The notes below the pieces were generated by a model. The model saw nothing but the letters and a program-made list of their open reading frames with translations. It did not search any database and had not been told where the DNA came from. A stretch of 56,812 nucleotides of DNA from a bacterium (lineage in GTDB: Bacteria > Zhuqueibacterota > Zhuqueibacteria > Zhuqueibacterales > Zhuqueibacteraceae), in contig JBIOXB010000092.1 of NCBI GenBank assembly GCA_044869275.1, positions 1 to 56,812 of the forward strand. Reading direction: 5' to 3'. A program made the translations under genes and the position numbers. The stretch's first letter is position 1. Every line of letters starts with the position of its first letter. This document shows positions 8,727-18,873 of the stretch, one piece after another.

Positions 8727-9722
8727 ATGTCAATTTATCACTACCGCTATTTGTTCGGTCCCGTGCTCTCTCGCCGACTCGGATTCTCGCTGGGCCTCGA
8801 TGTGACGCCAATGAAAACGTGCACGTTCAACTGTGTCTATTGCCAGCTCGGTCGCACGACGCATCAAACCATCGCGCGCAGGGAATACGTGCCGCCGGCA
8901 GAAGTCATGGCTGAACTGGCGGATTACCTTGCCAAGGAAGACCGGGCAGATTATGTCACTTTTTCCGGTTCAGGCGAACCGACCTTGCACAGCAAGCTCG
9001 GTGAGATGATCGTGCGCGCGAAACAGATGAGTGAAATTCCAGTGGCGGTGCTCACTTGCAGCGCTTTGATCAACGATGCTCAGGTTCGCCGCGAACTGGC
9101 ATGCGCCGACGTCATTCTGCCTTCGCTGGATGCGGCTTCACCCGGGACATTCGATGCGATCAATCGCCCGCATGGCAGGCTGGTTTTCGCGGACATGATC
9201 GAGGGCCTTAAGCGCTTGCGCCGGGAATACTCCGGCCGAATCTGGCTCGAGATCATGATGGTCAAGGGCGTCAATGATGGCGCGGAGGAAGTTGCAATGT
9301 TGCGCCAAGCCGTCAGCGAGATCAAGCCGGACAAAGTGCACCTGAACACCGTGGTTCGCCCGCCGGCAGAAAGTGACGCACTCGCATTGTCTGAAACCGA
9401 GCTGCAGGCTTTGCAAAGAGAGTTTGGCCCGCCGGCGGAAATCATCGCGCCTTGGCCCTCGCCTTCCACATTAACCTTTGAAAATCGCCTGATGCCGGAA
9501 GCGTTAAACCTGATCGCGCGCCACCCGTCGTCATTGGATGAAATTTCCAGCTATCTGAACTGCAGTGCTGAGATCGTCGCAATCGTGCTGAATTCCCTGC
9601 TCGAGACCGGGGAGGTGGAGAGGCATTTATATCAAGGCAAGACGTTCTATGCCGCCGCTGCAAGCCGTGACCTCAAGAACCGCAAGAAGGTTCAAAATAT
9701 GCCTTTCGCTTCTCAAGCTTAG
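8727..9722 (+). CDS. radical SAM Fe-S oxidoreductase
   Basis: FGPVLSRRLG, CTFNCVYC, TFSGSGEPTL. Confidence 0.9.
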   Translation: MSIYHYRYLFGPVLSRRLGFSLGLDVTPMKTCTFNCVYCQLGRTTHQTIARREYVPPAEVMAELADYLAKEDRADYVTFSGSGEPTLHSKLGEMIVRAKQMSEIPVAVLTCSALINDAQVRRELACADVILPSLDAASPGTFDAINRPHGRLVFADMIEGLKRLRREYSGRIWLEIMMVKGVNDGAEEVAMLRQAVSEIKPDKVHLNTVVRPPAESDALALSETELQALQREFGPPAEIIAPWPSPSTLTFENRLMPEALNLIARHPSSLDEISSYLNCSAEIVAIVLNSLLETGEVERHLYQGKTFYAAAASRDLKNRKKVQNMPFASQA

Positions 9723-9753
9723 GAGTTTCAACCAAAGGGTTTTTAAGAAAGAT

Positions 9754-10200
9754 ATGATTGATCACGTCAAAACTAACGTTCAGCCGCGCCTGGTCGGCTT
9801 CTTGTGCGAGACCGGGGCTTATGTCTTTTATGATATCTCCAATCCCGCGCGGCGCAAGCTGCCGGCCGGCTTCGTCGGGCTGGCGGTGGCCAGCATCAGT
9901 CAAGTGCACACACGCCAAGTATTGAAGGCTTTTCTTGCCGGCGCCGAGGGCGTGCTCATCGCTGGCTGCGAAGTGTGCCGCCGGCAGAATTCAGATCCCA
10001 CTCCAATACCATTCTCCGAACTGGTGCGGGAGTTGGCTGCTTTTGGCATCGATTCGGGTAGAATAAATCTAGAGTGGATCTCCGCAGCCGAAGAAGAGAA
10101 GTTTTTGCGGACTGTCGACGTGATGATGGAGAGGTTGCGGCGACTGCCGCCACTGCGACTGCCTGCCGGGCTCGGAGAAAATGTTGTGCACTGCGGATAA
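9754..10200 (+). CDS. MvhD/FlpD-like iron-sulfur subunit (divergent)
   Basis: PRLVGFLC, AFLAGAEGVLIAGC, GIDSGRINLEWISAAE. Confidence 0.75.
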   Translation: MIDHVKTNVQPRLVGFLCETGAYVFYDISNPARRKLPAGFVGLAVASISQVHTRQVLKAFLAGAEGVLIAGCEVCRRQNSDPTPIPFSELVRELAAFGIDSGRINLEWISAAEEEKFLRTVDVMMERLRRLPPLRLPAGLGENVVHCG

Positions 10201-10275
10201 GAGACACAAGAGATTTTGGCGAAGCCAGTCCGCTTTTTTCGCTTTTTGAACCTCAAACCAGAAAAGGAGTCAACC

Positions 10276-11580
10276 ATGCCAGATACGCTCACCATTACCG
10301 ATAATCGTACTGCGAAGAAGTACGAAATCCCGGTGGTCAATGGTGTCATCAAGGCCATGGACCTGCGGCAGATCAAGGTGTCCGAAGAGGATTTTGGCTT
10401 GATGAGCTATGACCCGGCGTTCATGAATACCGCGTCGTGTCACAGCCGCATCACTTTCATCGACGGAGACAAAGGAATATTGCGCTACCGCGGCTATCCC
10501 ATCGAGCAACTCGCCGAGAAAAGCAACTACCTCGAGGTTGCTTATCTGCTGGTCAATGGCGAGCTGCCGACCAAGTCGCAGCTGGAAGCGTGGACGTTCA
10601 GTATTATGCATCACACCATGTTGCACGAGAACACCAAAAAATTCATGGAGGGATTTCATCACGACGCGCACCCCATGGGCATGCTCGTGAGCACGGTGGG
10701 TGCACTGTCCACGTTTTATCCCGACGCGAAAAGCATTCACCTTGCCGAAGCGCGCAAACTGCAAATCCATCGCTTGATCGGCAAAATGCCGACCATCGCC
10801 GCCTATGCCTATCGCCATCGTCTGGGATTGCCATATGTCTATCCTGACGACGAGCTCAGCTATGCCGGCAACTTTCTGAGCATGATGTACAAGATGACCG
10901 AGCTCAAATACAAACCCCACCCGGTGCTCGAGCGCGCGCTGGACCTCCTGTTCATCCTGCACGCGGATCATGAGCAGAATTGCAGCGCCAACGCCATGCG
11001 CAGCATCGGCAGCTCGCATGCCGATCCTTTCGTCTCCACCGCGGGCGCCGCGGCAGCGCTTTACGGCCCGTTGCACGGCGGCGCCAATGAAGAAGTCTTG
11101 CGCATGCTCGGAGAAATCGGCGCGAAGGAGCGCGTGCCGGATTTTATCAAACGCGTCAAAGCCGGCGAGGGCAAACTGATGGGGTTCGGGCATCGCATTT
11201 ACAAGAACTATGATCCGCGCGCCAAGATCATCAAAGAGACCGCGGACAAGGTTTTCGAAGTCACCGGCCGCAGCCCTCTGCTCGACATCGCCCTCGAGCT
11301 GGAGCGTATCGCGCTGCAAGACGAATACTTCATCAAACGCAAGCTTTATCCCAACGTCGATTTCTACTCCGGCATTATCTACCAGGCCATGGGCCTGCCG
11401 ACGGATGCCTTCACGGTGCTGTTTGCAATTCCACGCACCTCCGGCTGGATGGCGCAATGGCAGGAAATGCTGCTCGATACGGAGCAGAAGATTGCACGGC
11501 CGCGGCAGGTTTATCTTGGCGAGGAAAAACGTGATTTCGTGCCGGTGGAAAAACGCAAAGGAACTCGTGAAACGCGGTAG
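10276..11580 (+). CDS. gltA: citrate synthase
   Basis: LHADHEQN, GPLHGGAN, MGFGHRIYKNYDPR, YPNVDFYSG; AAGGAG RBS. Confidence 0.97.
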   Translation: MPDTLTITDNRTAKKYEIPVVNGVIKAMDLRQIKVSEEDFGLMSYDPAFMNTASCHSRITFIDGDKGILRYRGYPIEQLAEKSNYLEVAYLLVNGELPTKSQLEAWTFSIMHHTMLHENTKKFMEGFHHDAHPMGMLVSTVGALSTFYPDAKSIHLAEARKLQIHRLIGKMPTIAAYAYRHRLGLPYVYPDDELSYAGNFLSMMYKMTELKYKPHPVLERALDLLFILHADHEQNCSANAMRSIGSSHADPFVSTAGAAAALYGPLHGGANEEVLRMLGEIGAKERVPDFIKRVKAGEGKLMGFGHRIYKNYDPRAKIIKETADKVFEVTGRSPLLDIALELERIALQDEYFIKRKLYPNVDFYSGIIYQAMGLPTDAFTVLFAIPRTSGWMAQWQEMLLDTEQKIARPRQVYLGEEKRDFVPVEKRKGTRETR

Positions 11581-11667
11581 CGGTGATCGCCGGCAGGAGA
11601 GAGTGCCGGTCGAGGAGTTCGGCACTCCCCTCCTCTGGCAATCCCGAATAATTCAGGAGTAAGACTC

Positions 11668-12069
11668 ATGCTACGCATCCTCATTATCGATGATGAGACC
11701 AATGTGCGCCTGCTTTATCGTCAAGAATTGGGATGTGAAGGGTATGAAGTCGTCGATACGGAATCGGAAATGGAAGCTCTCGAGATTTTGAGACACGAGA
11801 AGATTGACGCCGTGGTGTTGGATCTGCGATTGAGGGAGGCCGATAGCGCGGTGTTGCTGGACAAGATTCTCACCCAGTACCGGCATCTGCCCATTATTGT
11901 CAATACGGCGTACGATGAATTGCGCGATGATTTTCATCTCTGGGGCGCCGACGCCTTTGTGTCAAAATCGGCCGACCTGTCGGAATTGAAGAACGCCCTG
12001 GCGCGGGTGCTTTCAACTGCACCGCATGCGCCCATGAAAAACGGCGCCACGGCAAAATTACAACACTGA
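11668..12069 (+). CDS. single-domain response regulator receiver
   Basis: ILIIDDE, VVLDLRL, IVNTAY, K motif. Confidence 0.9.
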   Translation: MLRILIIDDETNVRLLYRQELGCEGYEVVDTESEMEALEILRHEKIDAVVLDLRLREADSAVLLDKILTQYRHLPIIVNTAYDELRDDFHLWGADAFVSKSADLSELKNALARVLSTAPHAPMKNGATAKLQH

Positions 12070-12072
12070 GAT

Positions 12073-13446
12073 ATGCGCACGATTATCGAACCCTTTCGCA
12101 TCAAGATGACGGAGCCCCTCCGGCTCATCTCACGCGAAGCCAGAAAGAAAAAGCTGGAGCAGGCACATTACAACGTTTTTTTGCTTGACGCCGAAGATTG
12201 CGCCATCGACTTACTGACCGACAGCGGCACGGGCGCGATGTCAGTCGAGCAATGGGCGGCCTTGATGCTCGGCGATGAAAGCTACGCCGGCAGTAGGTCG
12301 TGGAAAAAGTTTGAAGCCGCCGTGAAGGAGCTCACCGGCAGCAAACATATTTTTCCGACGCATCAAGGCCGGGCGGCGGAAGGGATTCTGGCGCAAACAC
12401 GCCTCAAGAAGGGCGACGTCATTCCCAACAACAGCCATTTCGACACCACGCGGGCGAACATCGAATTCGTGGGTGCCCGTGCCGTCGATTTGCTTTGCCC
12501 GGAAGGCTTCGATACCACCCTGGAAGCGCCCTTCAAAGGCAACATGGCGCTCGACAAGCTGGAAAGATGTATTGCGAAATTTGGCGCAGAGCATATTCCC
12601 TTTTGCATGCTCACGGTGACGAATAATACCGGCGGCGGCCAGCCCGTTGCCATGGCGAATATTCGCGCGGTGAAGCAGATCTTGCATCAACACCGCATCC
12701 CTTTGGTGCTTGACGCCTGCCGCTTCGCTGAGAACGCATATTTCATTCACGAACGCGAGCAGGGGTATCGCGGCAAGACCCTGCTCGAGATCGCACAGGA
12801 AATGTTCTCCTACGCCGACGCCGCGACCATGAGCTGCAAGAAGGACGGCCTCGCGAATATCGGCGGATTTCTCGTCTGCAACGACAACGCGTGGGCCGAA
12901 GATTTTCGCAACGCACTCATTTTGCGGGAAGGTTTTCCAACCTATGGCGGCTTGGCGGGGAGAGACTTGGAGGTGATCGCCGTCGGCTTGAAAGAAGTGC
13001 TGGAGTATGAGTATCAAGTCTATCGCCATGCCACGGTGGAATACATGGGCAGGAAGCTCCGCGAACGCGGCATTCCGTTCGTGCAGCCCGTCGGCGGACA
13101 TGCGGTTTTTCTTGATGCAAAAGCCATGTTGCCTCATGTGCCACCGGCGCAGTACCCCGGCATTGGGTTGGTCAACGCGCTATATCTCGCCGGCGGCGTG
13201 CGCGGCGTGGAATTGGGCAGCGTCATGTTCGGCAGAGCCGGTGCGGAGGGCCGGGAACGCCCCGCGCCACTGGAGCTCGTGCGCCTGGCTTTCCCGCGAC
13301 GCGTCTATACGCAAAGTCATTTTGACTACGTGATCGAGGTGTTGGAGGAAGTTTGGCAAAACCGCAGCAAAATTCCCGGCTATCGCATCACGTATCAACC
13401 GAAATTCTTGCGTCATTTCACCTGCCACTTTGCCAGCGTGGCTTGA
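12073..13446 (+). CDS. tnaA: tryptophanase / tyrosine phenol-lyase family PLP enzyme
   Basis: EPFRIK, DLLTDSGT, THQGRAAE, MSCKKDG, PRRVYTQSH; tnaA versus tpl not resolved. Confidence 0.85.
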   Translation: MRTIIEPFRIKMTEPLRLISREARKKKLEQAHYNVFLLDAEDCAIDLLTDSGTGAMSVEQWAALMLGDESYAGSRSWKKFEAAVKELTGSKHIFPTHQGRAAEGILAQTRLKKGDVIPNNSHFDTTRANIEFVGARAVDLLCPEGFDTTLEAPFKGNMALDKLERCIAKFGAEHIPFCMLTVTNNTGGGQPVAMANIRAVKQILHQHRIPLVLDACRFAENAYFIHEREQGYRGKTLLEIAQEMFSYADAATMSCKKDGLANIGGFLVCNDNAWAEDFRNALILREGFPTYGGLAGRDLEVIAVGLKEVLEYEYQVYRHATVEYMGRKLRERGIPFVQPVGGHAVFLDAKAMLPHVPPAQYPGIGLVNALYLAGGVRGVELGSVMFGRAGAEGRERPAPLELVRLAFPRRVYTQSHFDYVIEVLEEVWQNRSKIPGYRITYQPKFLRHFTCHFASVA

Positions 13447-13458
13447 AAGAGGTGCAAT

Positions 13459-13860
13459 ATGAAAAATCACATCAGAACACTTGGGTGGCTGTACATCGCC
13501 TTTGGGATATTGGGTCTCGTGGTTGCCCTCGGCTTCATCACAGCACTCACGAATTCCGAGGCCGCCCCCAGAATCGGACTGCCACTCAGTACTTCCGGAT
13601 TTGGCGCGATCCTGGCGGCGATGTTCACTTTAACCTCGGTGCCGAGCCTGATCGGCGGCATCGCGTTGCTGTTGCGGCAATCGTGGGCGAACACGCTGGT
13701 GCTGATCCTGGGCTTTGTAAATTTGTCCATTATCCCCGTGGGCATGGTCTTGGGCATTTACACCATTTGGGTCATGGTAAATGAGAAAGGCGCGCGCCAG
13801 GCAGAATCTGAGACGGTGGCCGAAGAGGGCATCGCGCAGGTTTTTCCGCCTTATCATTGA
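13459..13860 (+). CDS. hypothetical membrane protein
   Basis: GAGG RBS, several hydrophobic segments. Confidence 0.7.
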   Translation: MKNHIRTLGWLYIAFGILGLVVALGFITALTNSEAAPRIGLPLSTSGFGAILAAMFTLTSVPSLIGGIALLLRQSWANTLVLILGFVNLSIIPVGMVLGIYTIWVMVNEKGARQAESETVAEEGIAQVFPPYH

Positions 13861-14101
13861 AGCGTCGGGCAGCGGGATCACCGTCCGGGCGCTTCTGCTT
13901 CTTCTGTCGACAGCTGGAGTATTTACAGCGCCCGGGCGGTGGCATAATCGGGCAGCGGTGAAAAGATGATGTTTGAAATGAATGACGATATGCGATTAGC
14001 GATTTCCGATTGACGATCTGCGATCTCGGATGCTGTTGAATCCTTCGTAAATCGCAAATCGCCAATCGCCAATCGTAAATCAATAATCAGCCGGTGAGGA
14101 T

Positions 14102-14887
14102 ATGTCTATGGCACGCAAGGCGATGTTGATCGATATCACCCTTTGTGTCGGCTGTGGCTTGTGCCGCGATGCCTGCAAAGAACAAAACGGGCTGACGGCG
14201 GGTGAAGATACCAAACTGAATGCCAATGCCTACACGGTGGTGCAGGATTATGGCAACGATGTGTTCGTGCGGCGAATGTGCATGCACTGCGAAGAGCCCA
14301 CCTGCGTTTCGGTGTGCCCGGTCGGTGCCTTCACCAAGACCGCGGATGGTCCGGTTCTGTACGACGAAGCGAAGTGCATTGGCTGCCGCTACTGCATGCA
14401 AGCCTGCCCGTTTCAAGTGCCGACTTACACTTGGAATGCAGTCGCCCCGCGCGTGCGCAAATGCATCTTTTGTCACGAACGTTTGGCGCAGAGCTTGCCA
14501 ACGGCCTGCGCCGAAATCTGTCCGACCGGCGCGACCATTTTCGGCGACCGCGACGAGCTGATTGCCGAAGCGCAAAGACGATTGCGGGACGAGCCGGAAA
14601 AGTACGTGCATCACATTTATGGCTTGCAGGAAGCCGGCGGGACTTCGGTGCTCTTTCTGTCTGGCGTTCCTTTTGAAAAGCTGGGTTTTCCCTCCAATCT
14701 GCCGAATCAGCCGTTGCCTATGCTCACGTGGAACGCGCTGTCGAAGATTCCGAACATCGTCGCCGTCGGCGGTACTGCGTTGTATGGCTTATGGTGGATC
14801 ATCAATCGCCGCGACGAAGTGGGCAAGCTGCACGCTAAACTGAAAGAAATGGAAAGCCGGGATGGCGGTAAATTGGATGCTGCTTGA
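14102..14887 (+). CDS. 4Fe-4S dicluster protein, HybA/FdnH-like
   Basis: CVGCGLC, CMHCEEPTC, CIGCRYC, CIFC; YGLQEAGGTS; C-terminal TM. Confidence 0.9.
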   Translation: MSMARKAMLIDITLCVGCGLCRDACKEQNGLTAGEDTKLNANAYTVVQDYGNDVFVRRMCMHCEEPTCVSVCPVGAFTKTADGPVLYDEAKCIGCRYCMQACPFQVPTYTWNAVAPRVRKCIFCHERLAQSLPTACAEICPTGATIFGDRDELIAEAQRRLRDEPEKYVHHIYGLQEAGGTSVLFLSGVPFEKLGFPSNLPNQPLPMLTWNALSKIPNIVAVGGTALYGLWWIINRRDEVGKLHAKLKEMESRDGGKLDAA

Positions 14888-14917
14888 GGCGACCACGTTA
14901 AATAGGCAAACCACCAT

Positions 14918-16081
14918 ATGAAAAAAGTACTGGCACAACTCACTTTCTGGCGCGCCGTCTTTGTCGTGCTGTTGGGGCTCGGTCTTTATGCGACCTACGT
15001 GCGTTTCTCCCAAGGCCTGGGTGCCGCCACCAATCTCAGCGACCAGTTCCCTTGGGGACTGTGGATCGGTTTTGACATTCTCTGCGGCGTGGGCTTGGCA
15101 GCCGGCGGCTTCACACTCTGCGCGATTGTTTATATCTTCAACATTAAAGCCTTCAAGCCCATCATCCGTCCGGCAGTGCTGACAGCTTTCTTGGGATACC
15201 TGCTGGTCATTTTTGCTTTGATGTTCGACCTCGGCAGGCCGGATCGCATCTGGCACGCCATCATCATGTGGAATCCTCATTCGGTGATGTTCGAAGTGGC
15301 GTGGTGTGTGATGCTTTATACCATGGTGCTCAGCCTGGAGTTCAGCCCGGTGCTGTTTGAGGGCCTGGGCTGGATGAAAGCGGTGCGCTTCATGCGTGCC
15401 CTTACCATTCCGCTGGTGATTCTCGGCGTGATTCTGTCCACGCTGCATCAATCTTCGCTGGGTTCATTGTACTTGATCGTACCCGAGAAGCTGCACCCCT
15501 TGTGGTATTCGCCCTGGCTGCCGGTCTTCTTTTTTGTTTCCGCCCTGGGCGTCGGTTGCGCCATGGTCATTTTCGAATCATTTATGAGCAGCCGCGCCTT
15601 CAAGCGGGAAATCGAACTGCCGTTGTTGTCGCAACTGGGGCGCGTCATCGTCATGATTCTGATGATCTACACCGTGATGAAAGTTCAGGATCTGTTGGAT
15701 CGGCATGCGCTGAGCGCGGTCTTCACCGTTTCGTTGGAATCCGTTTTGTACTGGATCGAAATGGGCGCGGGCGTGCTGCTGCCCATGATTCTCCTGGCGA
15801 TTCCCAAAGTGCGATTGCACCAGACCGGCTTGTTCGTGTCCGCTTTGCTGGTGGTATTGGGCTTCGTGCTGAATCGCTTGAACGTCAGCATCACTGGCAT
15901 GGAAGGCTGGGCCAAAGTGGGCTATTTGCCCTCGTGGATGGAAATTGCCGTGACCACGATGATCGTCGCGACTGGATTTGCCGCTTTTGCCGCGGCCGTT
16001 CGCTATTTGCCGGTTTTTCCAAAAATGGAAGAAGAATCGAAGCCCGTGACAGAGAGCGCATACGCATTGTGGGCGGAATGA
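14918..16081 (+). CDS. NrfD/PsrC family membrane protein, HybB-like
   Basis: PWGLWIGFD, DLGRP, LSTLHQSSLG. Confidence 0.9.
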   Translation: MKKVLAQLTFWRAVFVVLLGLGLYATYVRFSQGLGAATNLSDQFPWGLWIGFDILCGVGLAAGGFTLCAIVYIFNIKAFKPIIRPAVLTAFLGYLLVIFALMFDLGRPDRIWHAIIMWNPHSVMFEVAWCVMLYTMVLSLEFSPVLFEGLGWMKAVRFMRALTIPLVILGVILSTLHQSSLGSLYLIVPEKLHPLWYSPWLPVFFFVSALGVGCAMVIFESFMSSRAFKREIELPLLSQLGRVIVMILMIYTVMKVQDLLDRHALSAVFTVSLESVLYWIEMGAGVLLPMILLAIPKVRLHQTGLFVSALLVVLGFVLNRLNVSITGMEGWAKVGYLPSWMEIAVTTMIVATGFAAFAAAVRYLPVFPKMEEESKPVTESAYALWAE

Positions 16082-16109
16082 AAGAAGAACGGATAAAGAG
16101 GAGATATTG

Positions 16110-17480
16110 ATGAAGCCACATATTGGTCCGCAAGATAAGCCGGCAAGAATGCCCTCGCCTAATGGCGTGAATGGCGCGCCGGTGTCATACAAACCCATGG
16201 GTGATGATGAGGCAAGGACTGCACGAGAAGGGGATCTCTATTCTAATGTTGCCCGGCAGTTCAACCAGGCTGCCAATCTGATGAAGTTGGATTCGAACAT
16301 CCGGAAGATCCTGGCAGTGACGGCGAATGAGATTGTGGTCAACTTTCCGGTTAAAATGGACGATGGCCGCGTCGAGATATTCACCGGCTACCGCGTGCAA
16401 CATAACAATGTGTTGGGGCCCTTCAAGGGCGGGCTTCGTTTCCATCCCTCGGTAAAAATCGATGAGGTGCGAGCGCTCGCCGCCTGGATGACCTGGAAGA
16501 CCGCGGTTGTGGACATTCCCTATGGCGGAGCGAAGGGAGGTATTCAGATTGATCCCTCCCAGTACAGTAAGGCCGAGCTGGAACGGATTACGCGCCGCTT
16601 TACCTTTGCCTTGGGCAGCAATATCGGCCCCGAGTACGACATACCGGCTCCGGATGTCAACACCAACGCCCAGATCATGGCTTGGATCTTGGACACTTAT
16701 TTGCAGACGATGCCCCCGCACGAGCGCCAGGGCTATACTCACGTCGTGACCGGCAAGCCGATCGAATCGGGCGGAAGCCTGGGGCGCGAAAAAGCGACGG
16801 GACAAGGCGTGGTGTACATGATCGAAGAGTGGGCGAGGGATCATCGTTTTGCATTAGAAGGCGCCACCTATGCGGTGCAGGGATTCGGCAACGTCGGCTC
16901 ATGGACGGCGCGTCTGCTGAAACCGCACGGTGCGAAGCTGCTTGCGGTCGAGGACGTTACGGGCGCGATCTTCCATCCGGAAGGCCTCGACCCGGAGGTG
17001 CTCGGGCGCTACGTCAGGGAGCACGGCGGCGTTCACGGTTACCCGCGCGCGAAGGCGATCGACCACCAGAGTTTCTTGAGTGCGAAGGTCGATATTCTTG
17101 TCCCCGCGGCCATGGAGAATCAAATCACCGCCGCTACCGCGCCGCTGCTGAACGTCCGGCTCGTGGCGGAAGGTGCAAATGGGCCGACAGATCCCGAGGG
17201 CGATGTTGTGCTCCAAAAGAAAGGGATTGATTTGCTTCCGGATATTCTCTGCAACGCCGGCGGCGTCATTGTCAGCTATTTCGAGTGGCTGCAAAACAAA
17301 CGCAGCGAATTCTGGGATCTCCAGGAAGTCGATAGCAAGCTGCACAAGAAACTCGTCAGCGCCTACGAACGGGTGCGCGATACCACCAAGAAGTTTGAAA
17401 CGGACTGGCGGACAGGTGCCTACATCGTCGCGCTTTCGCGCTTGGAGATGGTGTACAAGGAACGCGGTATCTTTCCGTAA
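16110..17480 (+). CDS. gdhA: Glu/Leu/Phe/Val dehydrogenase (glutamate dehydrogenase)
   Basis: GPFKGGLRFHP, GGAKGG, PAPDVNT, QGFGNVG, EGANGP. Confidence 0.93.
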   Translation: MKPHIGPQDKPARMPSPNGVNGAPVSYKPMGDDEARTAREGDLYSNVARQFNQAANLMKLDSNIRKILAVTANEIVVNFPVKMDDGRVEIFTGYRVQHNNVLGPFKGGLRFHPSVKIDEVRALAAWMTWKTAVVDIPYGGAKGGIQIDPSQYSKAELERITRRFTFALGSNIGPEYDIPAPDVNTNAQIMAWILDTYLQTMPPHERQGYTHVVTGKPIESGGSLGREKATGQGVVYMIEEWARDHRFALEGATYAVQGFGNVGSWTARLLKPHGAKLLAVEDVTGAIFHPEGLDPEVLGRYVREHGGVHGYPRAKAIDHQSFLSAKVDILVPAAMENQITAATAPLLNVRLVAEGANGPTDPEGDVVLQKKGIDLLPDILCNAGGVIVSYFEWLQNKRSEFWDLQEVDSKLHKKLVSAYERVRDTTKKFETDWRTGAYIVALSRLEMVYKERGIFP

Positions 17481-17641
17481 TTTGCAGAGGTTAGACATAA
17501 CCCAAAACAAGCCGGAAACGAAAAACTCAAAACACAAAGCCCAAAGGTGGTATTGAATTTTGCGCTTTGAATTTTGGATTTCTTTGCTCAAGAAGCACAG
17601 ATTTCACTTGTACAGACACTCATAGGATTAAGGAGGCGTAA

Positions 17642-17989
17642 ATGTCACTCATCATCACGGCAGAATGCATCAATTGCGGCGCCTGTGAGCCGGAATGCCC
17701 CAACAATGCCATCTACAACGTTGGCGAAAAATGGTCCTTTGCTGATGGCACAACCGCAAAAGGACAATTCGACTATAAAGGACGAATGGTGAATGCCGAC
17801 GCGAAGCTCGACGCCCTCTCGGACAGCATTTATTTTATTGTTCCGGAGAAATGCACGGAATGCGTCGGCTTCTATGACGAGCAAAAGTGTGTCTCCGTTT
17901 GTCCGGTGGATTGCTGTGTCGAAGATCCGGATCATCGCGAGCCCCGGGAAGTATTGATGGCGAAGAAAGAAAGGTTGCATCCAGCGTAA
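17642..17989 (+). CDS. 2x[4Fe-4S] ferredoxin (YfhL-like)
   Basis: CINCGACEPECP and CTECVGFYDEQKCVSVCP; AAGGAGG RBS. Confidence 0.93.
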   Translation: MSLIITAECINCGACEPECPNNAIYNVGEKWSFADGTTAKGQFDYKGRMVNADAKLDALSDSIYFIVPEKCTECVGFYDEQKCVSVCPVDCCVEDPDHREPREVLMAKKERLHPA

Positions 17990-18009
17990 AAGCATTGCCG
18001 CCGGGCAAT

Positions 18010-18276
18010 GCCGGAGACCTCCATTTTTGCCTGAGTGGCAACTGTTGTCCCGATTCGAATCGCTTTCGGCTTTCTTATAAAATAGAAAACGATACGATTT
18101 ATGCCGCCGTCGCAGATACGGCCGCTCAGCTCTGTCGTTGCATTTGTACCTACAAGATTCATGCTGAGTTCGATGATTTGCCAATGGACCGGTATGTTTT
18201 CTACTGTGTGCGCCAGGACTATAGCAGTCAGTATGTGTTTTATGACAAGTATGTTTACCGCAAGAGCAGGCTTTGA
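18010..18276 (+). pseudogene. start-less C-terminal fragment of a Cys-rich protein
   Basis: Open frame NCCP...SYKIENDTIY...LCRCICTY with no plausible start after the ferredoxin stop. Confidence 0.35.
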
Positions 18277-18358
18277 ACGCTCACTGCCGAGGCGCTCTTA
18301 CGAAGCCGGCTCATTGCTGGAAAGATTCACAGCGCCCGGGCAGTAGTTAAAACCAAGG

Positions 18359-18727
18359 ATGTTCGCCATGCAAGAATATCTCGATGCCATTCGCAGCCGC
18401 GTGTGTCCGGTGTGCATGGATGCCGTCATGCGCGAGGATCGATTTGTACGTTGTGGATTGCCCAGCAGCAGAAAGTGCCCGGTGGAAGTCTATCTGCCGC
18501 AGGTGCTCGAAGTGATGGAATCGGTCGATAGTCCGCTCATCGAAGATTACATCCCGGCCTTGCGCCAGAAGGTGTGCGCCCTCTGCGCGTATTCAGAAGG
18601 GGACTTCTGTGCGCTGCGCGTGCAAGCCGATTGCGCCCTGGATCGCTATTTTGTGCTCGTGGCGGAGGCGATTGATGGCGTCAGAACACGCCTGTACGCC
18701 GAAGCAGAGACGGCAGGAATACCGTGA
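18359..18727 (+). CDS. hypothetical protein with duplicated 4-Cys module
   Basis: Two similar halves, YLDAIRSRVCPVC..C..C and YIPALRQKVCALC..C..C. Confidence 0.75.
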   Translation: MFAMQEYLDAIRSRVCPVCMDAVMREDRFVRCGLPSSRKCPVEVYLPQVLEVMESVDSPLIEDYIPALRQKVCALCAYSEGDFCALRVQADCALDRYFVLVAEAIDGVRTRLYAEAETAGIP

Positions 18728-18873
18728 CCCGGACTGTTCACAACTCCAACAGCCGCAGTGCCTGCCTCCACGGCCGCATTTCTTATCTTGCCTGCAAAAA
18801 TGAGAGCTCGGCAGAGGCGGCAATGGCGCAGAAAGCTCAACAAATTCCGGGCCAGCGGGTGAAAGGAAAATAA

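Noticed and set aside
9754..10200. Selenocysteine recoding in the MvhD-like or other redox genes
   Set aside because: No in-frame TGA at a Cys position was seen.
2750..16081. Complete NiFe hydrogenase operon
   Set aside because: No large subunit, small subunit, maturation protease or hypB was recognised in the window.
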